Shown: piece by piece, positions 1 through 11,733 of the stretch
Numbering within the stretch: the first letter of the stretch is position 1
How the letters are laid out: each line of letters starts with the position of its first letter
Position numbers and translations under genes: made by a program
Notes under the pieces: model-generated
Seen by the model: the letters and a program-made list of their open reading frames with translations, nothing else
Databases searched by the model: none
What the model was told of the DNA's origin: nothing
From: Geosiphon pyriformis uo1
Taxonomy: Eukaryota; Fungi; Glomeromycota
Direction of reading: 5' to 3'
Assembly: GCA_016748015.1 (NCBI GenBank)
Contig: JAAOMT010000372.1
Span: forward strand, 558,001 to 622,000
Length of the DNA stretch: 64,000 nucleotides

Positions 1-935
1 AAATTGTAGTTCAAAAAATAATTAATGAAGTTAATCTTAAATTTAATATTTTTAAAAAGATTGAAAACTTGTTATAAATAATTTAAGTGTTTATTTTATA
101 TTTTTTTTATTTAATCAATTTTTTTTAATTAATTTATTATTTTAATGATTTAATTAAAAGAAATTTAAATAAATGAATTAAATTTTTAGTTTTAATTACA
201 TGTTAGATAAAATTGGTTTAATCAGATAGTTTTTTAATATTGTAAAAATATTTTTAATTGGTGAATTTTTAATGCTAATTTTTTAATCTTTTTTAGGAAG
301 TTTTTTTGTTTAATAATAAAACTTTAAGTATTTTTTTTAAATAATTTCTGTACAGCTTTTATTTTTTTATTAAGAATTAATTAATTGGTTTTTAATCTCA
401 ATAAAAAATTAAACATGATTTGTATTTATTATTTAAAGACTAAAAAAAATAATTATACCAATATTTAACACAAAACCATGTTATTAATAATTTTATTTTG
501 CATTTTTTTAAGTTGTTTTTAAATATTTTTTTAAACATGTTATAATAAGACCAAAAAATAAGCTTTTTATTAACTGTTAAAATATTTTACAAATCTATTT
601 ATTTGTGGATGATAAGATGAAAAAAAAGTTTTTTGACATTGAATTATTCATAAATTTTTTTAATTAGGTTATTTACAAAATGTGTTTTTTGATTATATAA
701 AAATTCAATTAAGCATCTGTGTTTACAAATAATGTTTTTGTAGATAAAATTTGTGACTGATTTTGTATCTGCTTATTGAATTGCTCTTGTTTTAGGTCAT
801 TTGATAAGATAATCTACTGTAATTACAATATATCAGTTTCCTTGAGTTGTGATAAGTAGTGATTTGACTAAATTGATACCAACTCTGTTAAAAAGTTGTT
901 TAACTTTGATTGAATTCAAAAGTTCAATAAGATAA

Positions 936-1924
936 TATTACCTAAGTAAAAAAGCCAATCCAAAAGCTATTGAAAAAACGTAATTAAAACGTAATAACAT
1001 AGAAAAAACGTAATAATATAGAAAAAACATAATAGCATAAAATAACACAAAATATTACATAATAACTCAAAATAATGCAAAATAACACATAATAATGTGA
1101 AATAGCACGGAATAAATAATTATAGTACAAAAAAACAAAGCAATAACAGAAATAGTAAGCAATAACTAATAATAACAAATGATTAAAAGCAATTTTATAA
1201 AACTAAAAAATATGTATAAAAATAAATAATTTTGGCAGATAAAAAAAAAGAAAAAAAAAGACAAGAACTTATTTTCTTAAAAACATCTCTTATCTTTAAC
1301 TTAATAAAACTATTTATCTTATTTTCTTTATATTTTTATATTTATCATTAAATAAAATATTATTTAATTTATTCGTACATAATCCTAGAATTTGTGTTGT
1401 TAAAATCAAATTAATTGCTTTTCTTATCCTTATTTCAGACCAGATGCTATTAACATAAAGCAGTTTTGAAATTCTAACAACTTGGACCAATTAGTCTTGA
1501 TTATAACAATTGACAATACTAATTTCTCTTCTCTTTTTCTCTTATTTTCAATTTTTTTTTTTTTTTTATTTTCTGTTTCTTTTAGTAAAGTGGCAACATT
1601 AAAAAAATTAATTGTCTAAAAATAAACTTCATGATAATCTGGTAAAAAGAGGAGTTCTTCTTAGGTTTAAATATTTATTCTATCTTGTTAGCTTATCAAA
1701 AAAGCAAAAAAACAATGTTAAACCCTAGCAACTGCACTCAATTAGCTTGAAAAAAATAGTTCATATACATCAAACCACAGACAATTAAACTATATCTTTG
1801 TGTTTTATACCAAAAAACTTTACAGATAAATTCACATCTACTGAAAATTTTCAAAAACTAATAATTTTAATTTATTTTTTATATCAAATATTATTATTAT
1901 ACTCCACCAAGTTTACTCATAATA
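936..1924 (+). repeat. 5' LTR of element A
   Basis: Aligns end to end with 9369-10308; starts TATTAC (ex-TGTTAC), ends CATAATA (ex-CATAACA); contains ~10-bp AATAACACAA-like tandem units at ~980-1110. Confidence 0.9.
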
Positions 1925-4900
1925 TTTAGTGCTTCTTATAAGATTATAAATTTTACAGAAACAGAATACTTCAGAAATTCACAAAAATAGCAATTATTAA
2001 AACTATAAAAAAAGATTACTTACTGTTCAGAAAAGTATTATATCACTATTTTAGAAAAGACTTCAGAATACTAACAGAAACTGTTATTGCTAAAAGCAAT
2101 TTTATTTATTATATATATGTTAAAATTAACTATTTGTTAGGCTAAATAACAAATTCACCAGAAATTATTAGCCTATTTTACTTTAACTATTATAAAAGCT
2201 ATAGTTAAGACCTTTTTTTTAATTAATAAAGAAATTAAAATATACATTTAAAAACAATACTCCCAGTTAAAAAAAAAACAAACATTAAAATCCAATTCCA
2301 AAGAATTTAAGTTTAATTTTAATAATAATTTACAAATTACACAAGAAAGAATTTTACTTACAATTAATAAAAAATCAAAGTTTTTTTTACCAATAACTTC
2401 TTTATATTTCCAAACACTAAAAAGCAGAATTTTATTCAATCAATTTACCAAATTACAATTAAAAACTTCAAAAACTTCTAAAATCTGTACTTTTAAGACT
2501 TTAATTGAAATTTTTAAATTAAATCTTTAGAAAAATACATATTTTTGTTTAAAAGTTTTACTTCAACAATCAATAATCTAGATGAAAGCACTTTCTCATA
2601 GGCATTATTTCTAATTCAACTATTAATTAAATCAACAATTAGTCTTTTAAAAAAAACATCTGTATTATAATCTATTAAAACAATCAATAAAAAAAACAAT
2701 TTATTTTAAGATTAACAAAGCAATTAAACATATTTTTATTGATATTTTTTTTGTTCATACTTAAACAAACTCTTATTATTCAGATTATAGTTTATAGAAA
2801 CATTGCTAAGCTGAAAAATTTTTTTAAAAAAGAAAACAATACATATACATAAATTGTAAAAGCTGAAAAAGTATTTAGAGTCAATAATTAAGACAAAACC
2901 AAAATAATGAAAGTTCTATCTTTTTTTTTGATTGGAACTGCAAACTTGTGATACTAAAGTCTTAATAAAAAACCAACTAATTTTGTTATCATTAAATTTG
3001 TTTTTTTACAAAACTTCTGTGATCCAAATATGCTTATTAAACTCTAAAATTAATTCAATATAATAAAGCAAAAAGATTACAAAGCTGTTATTACTTATTT
3101 TAAAAAATTTAATCAAATTCTCTACTAAATTCAAGCAATTGAAAAAGACTATTACATTTTAAGTTAAATTTTCAAACAATTTATTAAAAAATTAAGAAAC
3201 AATATCCTTTAATTTATTAGACTTTAATACTTAGATAACTTGTAAAAAATAGTAATTTTGTTATAATTTTAAATTCATAAACAGAATATTAAATATTAAT
3301 ATAAAGCTTACCTACTTAAGTAAAAAATTGAGGAATTTTTAGCAGAAAATTTTGGAACTTATTAACCATTACAATATAGAAAAACTATCAACAATTATTA
3401 ATAGTAATACTACTAACAACAATAGCAATCTTAAAAACAAGATTTTTACAATTATTATTATTGTTAAAAATCCAATACATTACAAAAAATTGTTGCAAAA
3501 AAGTTATAGATTAGAACTGTAAAGACTAATATTAACAACAACCCAAATATTTTTAATTTATAAAATTCTAATACTTAGTACTTTCATATTAACAACCTCT
3601 ATATTTACCAATTATTACAGAATTATTACTAACTTCTATCTATAATATTACAAATATTACTCTAATACTAAGCTTTTTAATACAGCAATTTAAAATCATG
3701 AATTATTAACTATAATCAAAAGTGACAAAACAACAGTGAAAATTAGATACAATTTTTTAATAGACTAACTTGACCTATAAATTATAGTAACTTATTATTT
3801 TGAACAACTTCAACAGAATATTTAAATTAAGTCTTATATTTTGGCCTTATAGAGATTTCGAATTTTGATAATATTGTACCTTTAAAAAAAAAAACTGTAG
3901 TTAAAATTACCAATCCTTTTTCTTTTAACAACAATTAGACTATTATTACTATAATTTCTCCTACTATAATTATAGAAAATAACACACTTATCATTATATT
4001 TTTGTTTGATATTAATAATTTAAACACTACTAATTTTTTTAATAAAGCTGTCATAAACTAGGATAAACTGATTACAACAATATATACAAATGCTAAAGTA
4101 AGACAAATAACATTAAACTAATACTTAACAATAAATTAGTAGACAACATAATTATAAAACAGTTTATGAATTAACTAAGTCACCAAGTAGATCGTGTAGC
4201 TACTACTAAAATAATTACTATAAATAAAAATACCAAAACACCAATAAGAGAGATTAACAATTTTCTATTTAAAATTCATAAAATCAAAATCTCAATTAAA
4301 ATACTTATTATAAAAGCCACTTAATATTAAGCTCTTGTAAAAAATAATTGGTTAATTAAAGTTTACATTATGTTCAACTAAAACACTCAAAAACTCCAGA
4401 TTATCTTTAATAAATAATATGCTAAAATATCTGCTATGTGTAAATATTTCAGAACTATAATTTTCAAACAATCTCTAATAGAATTTGAAAATTTATCTCT
4501 TAGCCAATTTTAAAAACTTATCAAGTTTTTTGGACTAATAATTTTAAAATAAAACTACTATTACTTTTTATATAAAAAAAAAGGCAAAAGAAGGACTAAT
4601 AAAGAAATCCAAGCATCAATATTAGTTTACTTAATTTTAAATTAAAAAAATCAATTATATCGACTTTCAAAATTAATCTGTATCAATTATGAAAAAAAGT
4701 TATTTTAATAAGTGCATATATTAAAAATAAAATATGCTAATTACTACCAGATACTATTATTAATCTTGTATATTGAAATGATTTGAACAATTAAAACAGC
4801 AAGACAAATAATAAAATAATGTCTTTGACAGAGAAAAAACATGTAAAAAATTCTGTCAATACACTATTTTAATCAATAATTGGACCCAAAAAAAACTCTA

Positions 4901-5339
4901 TTTGCCATGGTCTATAGTTGAACAATAAACCAATTGAATTTATACTCCTATAATAAAAAAAAATTTAGAAAATAACCACTATAAAATAAACAAATATCAT
5001 GATTAAGAAAATACATACTATAAAAAATGTCTTAATAATCATTGAAAAAATAGATAATTTATTTACTAATAACACTAAAGTATTTCAAGATCAGTTTTAA
5101 GAACTTGCTTCTATTCAAAAAAACAGGAACAAAAACTAACAAATCTTAATACAAAATTGTGCAATTATTATTTGATTTTTTGTTATTTTTAATACTATAA
5201 TGAGTGTAATTTTTTGTTTAATTTACTTTCACAAACACTTTACCTCATTTTTAAACTCAAAGAACTTGAAAAAGAATATGTATTAGCAATAGAAAACATA
5301 ATATTTTAAGAGTCAAGTATAATTACTAAAATAAAATAA

Positions 5340-5800
5340 TATTTTGCCTATTTCAATCTTTCTAAAACATTAAAATAATATAATAATAATAATAATAATA
5401 ATAATTAAAAAATATGTCTTAAAAAAACATATGCAAATAATGCTAGATTCTATTTAAAGTATTTAAGACAATTTTTTATAGTTATAACATTCTATTTCTT
5501 TGTAAAAATAGATTTCAAATTAGCTTTAGAAATTTTTATTAACACTATAGTCTAAATTGAATTCCAGTCTAGTCTCATAAACAAAAAAATTAATGTTAAA
5601 AAAAAATAATTATGCTAAATATACTGAGAATATAATTATAATGTTTTGATAAATCTTTTATGATCAAATTACAAGAAAAAATTGCACAAGCCATTTTTCT
5701 ACCTCTTATAAAAAATTTTCAATTGATTTTTATAATCATATAAAAAAAATTAAGTCTTATTATTTAAGAAATCCAAAAATTTGAATCAAATAGAAAAGAA
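5340..5800 (+). pseudogene. dUTPase domain in pol of element A (degenerate)
   Basis: Back-mutated motifs I-V in order: AxDAGFDL (aataatgctagattctattta), RSSL (cagtctagtctc), AGYTGNI (gctaaatatactgagaatata), KIAQAIFLP (aaaattgcacaagccatttttctacct, nearly intact), RGxxGFGS (~5767-5790). Confidence 0.8.
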
Positions 5801-8800
5801 AACATACAAGTTAATTTCATAAAAGATACTAGTAACTAGATAGAATTTATCTATACTAATATAGTTGTTTTTATTCTTTTATATTAATAGTACATTCTGA
5901 AAATCAATTAGAAAATTCAAAACCAAGCTTTATTATTTAAAATAACGTTAGAAATTTGTTTTTTAACCAATATTTTTAATTTATATATACTTGCTAAAGC
6001 TTATAAATATTTTAAAATTTTTATTGACAATTTTACCAAGAACATTATTAATCTTCAAAAAAATGTTTATTGGTTTTATTTTTACAGATATTCAAAATCC
6101 CAAAAAACCCCAATTTATTCCTAACTTTACACAACAGTTTTTATTTTGTAATATTACTTTATAAGTATAAAACTTGCTAAAAAAACTATCTATTTATTAC
6201 AGAAAAAATTGATTAACTAAACTTAAAAAACTTAAGTATCTTATAGCAAATACAACTTAAGATTTTCTTAAACTAATATGCCAATATTTTTGTCAACAAA
6301 AACAAATTCAAATGCACATATATTGTAAAATATAAGATCAGCATTGGCAATATCAGATCTACCAAACAATAAGTCTATCAAATAACTCTAAATAACAACA
6401 ACTTAATTAAACAGAAAGTACAATAAATTTTAAACAATATATTAATCAAAAAATTATTAAGCTTTTAATTCTTACTTGTCATGTTAATTACCAAAAAAAT
6501 AAGAAAATTCATTTTTGCATGGACTATCAAAAACTTAATAATATCACTCAAAAAAATAGCTATTCAATTTTTTTTATTCAAAAAATTCTGAATAATCTAA
6601 AAAATAAAAAATAGTTCTTATTTTTAGATCTTATTAGTAAATATTAACAAGTTAAAATAAACTCTATAAACAAAAAAAATGATATTTACTATTTAAAATA
6701 AAAATTTGAGTTTAATATAATGCTTTTTAGACTTTGTAATATTTCTGCTATTTTTTAATATTTGATGAATGTCATATACAAAGAAATTCTTTGAAAATAA
6801 GTTGTAATATACCTAAATAATATTAATATATTCTCCGAAATTTTTGATAACTATCTGTTTTATTTCTAATAAGTTTTTAATTGTCTACAAAATGCAAGAC
6901 TAAAACTTAATCCCAATAAATATTTCTTTGGAAAAACTAAACTAAAATTTTTAAAACATATTATTGGCAAAAATAAAATAAAACCAGACTCTAATAAAGT
7001 TAAGAAAGTAAAAAATTTTTTAGTTCCAACCAATTTGCAAGAACTAAGAAGATTTTTAAGATTAACAAAATACTATTACTGATTTGTTAAAGGCTTTTTC
7101 AACATTATTAAACTTTTTTATTACTTAATATTAAAACATATTTTATATATATAGCAAACTGACTAGCAAAAAGTTTTTAATTATCTCAAAAAATGTATTA
7201 AGAGTCATATTATTACAAATTGAACCAAACAATCAAGAATATTTAATTAAATATACCAATTAGAGTATTAGTATTACTAAAAAAATATATAGTGCTATTA
7301 ATTTAGAATGTCTTACTATTTATTAGGCTGTACAAAACTAAAGACATTACCTTCATTAATTATTTAATTTATATACTGATTACAAAAAACTGATTTAGTT
7401 ACTAAGCAAACCACAACTTAAAAAAAAATATACAAGATAAAATGCTTATTTGTAACAATTTTTATACAAAATATATTATAAAAAAGAAGCTAAAAACACC
7501 AATATTAACAATTTGTCAAAAATAACTCAAATTTAATAAACACAACTATCTATTAATAACTATACCAAAAAAAAACTATCTTGTTTAACATATACTTTAA
7601 TTTAATAATAGAACACTTTAACAAAAATGCTATTTTAAAAAAAACAATTAATTATATTATTGGCTCACAATATATAAAAACATTTTTGAATATGTCTTTA
7701 ATTATAACTTCTGTTAAAAAAGAAAAAAAGCCAAAACAATAAAACCACTTTGATCTATTTCAATTGAAAATCTATTTAATAGAATTAGAATCAATTTAAT
7801 TGGACTTTTCTCCATTATCTTCAAAAAAAATTGTTATATTGTTATAGTTATAGATTATCTTATCAAATGACCAAAAGCTAGAATTATTCAAATAACAGAT
7901 ATTAAAACAATAGTCGAATTTGTATATTAAAATCTTAATCCGCTAATATGAATGTTCAAAAAAATTATTATTTAACCAAAAAACTCATTTTATTAATAGT
8001 ATGTTTGTTAAACTGAGCCAAAAATTTGGAATAAAATAACTATTATTATTAATATATTATTTTCAACAAATAGATTAGTAAAACAATTTAACTGAACATT
8101 ATGTAAAGCATTAACAAAAATAAGTTATGAAAATACACAAGAATAAAATCTATTTATATCTTTAATATTATTGGCATATTAAACATTAAAGCAAAATACT
8201 ATTCAATTTATATTATTTAAACACTATTTATTGAATAAAAATTATCTATTTTCTGTACTAAAACAATTACTAAAGAAAATTTTAAAGCTACTTTGCACCA
8301 AAAAAAATACTAATTTATAAAAACATTAGAAAACAATTATAAAACAGCAGCTAACAATATTAATAATATTTAAGAACAAAAAAAAAGACATAATTATTAT
8401 TTATTCAACCAACTAGTTAAATTTAAGATCAAAAATTGAGTATTGTTATATTATATTAAAGTTAAAAAACAATAAAATAAAAAGTTTGATCCAAAGTGGA
8501 ACAGACTTTTTTACATACATAAAGTTTTAAATAATAAAACTTACAAATTACGATTAGAAAACAAAATTTTAAAGAAAACTGTTTATAGAAATTGTCTAAA
8601 AATTTATTATATTACACAAGAATTATTATCATTTATACTTTAACTAAAAACACAAATTTTATTAATCAGATTGGAAAATATATTACGAGATCTAAAACCA
8701 ATTATTATTATCAAACATAATCTATTTATGACAATTTGAATTATATAAAATAAAGATATAAATACTAAGAAGACAAAAAAAAAAGTTAATAGCATTTTTA

Positions 8801-9368
8801 ATATAGACCTTTTAAACAAAATTTTGAAACTTTTTCAACAACTATTTAAAACAATTCAACAATTCACAATACCAATAGAAATCACAATTAATAAAAAAAG
8901 ATATAATACAAAAATACAAGTAAGAAAAAAATGAGCAAAAGTTCAATTAAAACTGAATATTTTTATTCTTATAAATAATCAAATAAAAAAAAGATATGTG
9001 GTCTTATATGCTTGAAAAAATCAAAAAAGTTTTGAACAGATTAAACATAAAACCAGATACAAGAGATTAGACACCAAAAATTTTTGAAGCTTGAAAAAAA
9101 AGATTTCTACTAATCTATTGGTTTTTTAAAATTAAAAAAAAACCAGATCTATAGACACTATACCTAAATATTAATAAACAAATATTTAACAAAAAAGCTC
9201 TTAAACAAATTAAAAAATTTGTCAGAAAAAACAACTTAACACTATATTATAAAGCAACATATTAATTATATTTAATATTTAACACAACAATTGAACATTA
9301 TATTGAAAAAACAATTGTTACAGATACATATGATTTCATAGAAGCTTAATTCTAAAAAATAAAAATAA

Positions 9369-10308
9369 TATTACTTAAATAGAAAAACCAATTCAAAAAC
9401 TATTAAAAAAATGTGATTAAAATATTATAAAACAAAATAACACAAAATAATATATAATAGCTTAGAGTAATATAAAATAATACATAATAATATAAAAAAG
9501 TACAGAATAACTAACTATAATATAAAATAATTAATTATAGTACAAAAAACAAAACAATAACAGAAATAATAAATAATAGCTAGTAATAACAAATAATTAA
9601 AAGCAATCTTATAAAACTAAAAAATATTTATAAAAACAAGTAGTTTTAGCAAATAAAAAAAAATAAAAAAAAGACAAAAACTCAAAACACTTTTTAGTTC
9701 ATTTTTTCTATATTTTTATACTTATTATTAAATAAAATATTATTTAATCTACTTGTACATAATTTTAAAATTTGTGTTGTTAAAATCAAATTAATTGTTT
9801 TTTTTATTCTTCTTTTGGACCAGATACTATTAGCATAAAACAGCTTTAGAATCTTAATATCTTAAATCAATTGCTTTTAATTATAACGATTAACAATATT
9901 ATTTTTTTTTTTTTTATTTTTTTTTTATTTTTATATTTTTTTTTTCTTGATTTTTTCGTTTTTCTGGTGAAATAAAAATATTAAGAAAATTAACTATTTA
10001 GAAATAAATTTTTTAATAGTCTGGTAAAAAAGAAAAGTTTTTTCTAAGTTTAAATATTTATTTTATCTTGTTAGCTTACCAAAAAAATAAAAAACCAATT
10101 TCAAACTTTAGTAATTATACTTGACTAATTTAGAGAAAATAAGTTATATACACTAAATTGCAGACAGTTAAATCATATTTCTGTGTTTTATAATCAAAGA
10201 ACTTTATAAGCAAATTTATATTTACTAAAAACTTTTAGAGATTAATAATTTTAATTTGGTTTTTATACTAAATATTACTATTATATATTATTAAGTTTAC
10301 TCATAACA
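9369..10308 (+). repeat. 3' LTR of element A
   Basis: Direct repeat of 936-1924; ends ...CATAACA; preceded by A-rich (G->A eroded) polypurine tract. Confidence 0.9.
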
Positions 10309-11063
10309 ATAAGTTTTTTTTTTCTTTGACAACTATTACAAGATTTTATATATTGTTTAATATCTTTTTGCATATAGGACCAAAAATAATATTTAAGTGT
10401 TTTTTTAATTGTATTATTTTTCTTAAATATGTTAATAAAAGTCTATATATATGTTATATAAAATTGTTTTTTTTGGTTTGTTGTATAAATCTGAGTAAAT
10501 TATTTAAATTTTGGTAATTTCAATAATAAATTTTGTTGTAATATAAAAAATATAGTTCTGCTTGGTATTGTAATTAGTGTTTTTCAACTAAAAACCAATT
10601 TTTTAGTATTGTAAAAGTCTTTAAATAGATTTTAATATTGTTGTATTTATTAAAATTTATTGTTTTATTGTTGATTATTAGTTAAATTAATAAATTATTG
10701 GTGTTATTTCTAATTTTGCTTTATTTTTAAAAGACTATTAACTTTTGTGTGTAATTTTTTAGGTTTATAGTAAATAATATATTTGTAATTAGCTAAAAAG
10801 TCAGTTTATTAAAATTATTTAATACTAAATTCTGCATTTTTTTGTTAAATTATTTAAGACCAATATTATTAGTAATAATATTAAATTTTAATTCTTTTTA
10901 TTATTATAAGTGTCTTTTTTTTAGAGATTATACTATAATTAATTTTTAATATAGTCTTATATCAAATAATAATACTAGAAATTATTTAATTGTAATATAA
11001 AAATAAATATATTAGTCTTAATAAAAGCCATTTTTGATTAAGTTAAATTTTTGTTTGATAGAT

Positions 11064-11733
11064 TACTACTATTTTTTTATTTAAAAATCTAAAAGTTAGC
11101 TTAGTAAGTTGTCTTAATTTCTAATAAGTATTAAATAATTTCTTTAATAAGTGTTCTTTTATTTAATTTAATATATTGTGTAATATTTCTGTCAAAATTG
11201 CTATTGATAGTTATTGTTATATTAGTCTTTCAAAAAAAATTAGTATCTGAAAATAATTTTGATTAGAAATTATTTTTTCAAAACATAAAGAAATTATTCC
11301 AGATTTTTAAATTGACTATTAATTTTGGCCAAAATATTATTATAAATAGATTTTATATAATTGTATATAGTTGCTATTTTTCTGATGTGTTCTTAATTTT
11401 GTGTAGATATTTTGTTGTTTTTAATAATAAAAAATAGTGATAAAAAAGATTTAACAGTCTTTTTTGTAGTTTGAATTATAAAAGTAAAAAATTTTCAATT
11501 TTATTAATTTTAATGACAATGAATATTATAATACAAAAATTAAAAAGTACATTTTTCAGCTTTTTTTAAAATTATTATTTAATTTCTTTCTTTTTATTTT
11601 GTTTAATTGATTTCTTTTTACTCTGTTTTTTTTAGTTAGAAAGCTATTATATATATATATTTTAAATTATATATAATTATGTCTATTTTAATTAATTAAT
11701 GAGTAATTATCAAACTATTAAGTCTTTTATTTA
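11064..11733 (-). repeat. Distal part of 3' LTR of element B
   Basis: Colinear with 19791-20676, lacking ~160 bp present at ~19970-20130. Confidence 0.85.

Larger units (their letters stand above)
936..10308 (+). mobile_element. Full-length degenerate Ty3/Gypsy LTR retrotransposon 'A' (gag-PR-X-dUTPase-RT-RH-IN-ORF3)
   Basis: Two similar LTRs (936-1924, 9369-10308), 4-bp ATAA on both flanks, PBS-like TTTAGTGCTTC after the 5' LTR and a purine tract before the 3' LTR. Recognisable mutated motifs: FCMDYQKLN (~6515), FNIMLFRLCN = MPFGLCN (~6715), VIYLNNI = YLDD (~6805), FNRIRINLIG = FDRIGIDLIG (~7775), KFDPKWN (~8480). Confidence 0.9.

Noticed and set aside
984-1178. 64-aa ORF and other short F/L/I/K/N-rich ORFs in AT-rich regions (e.g. 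2248, 10326, 15901, 48563, 48844, 55167, 62840)
   Set aside because: Low-complexity products of LTR tandem repeats or antisense/decayed TE frames; not genes.
10915-11063. Target-site duplication for element B and ~150 bp unexplained spacer
   Set aside because: Flanks (AGAT vs TTAT) do not match and the spacer could not be assigned; no TSD claimed.
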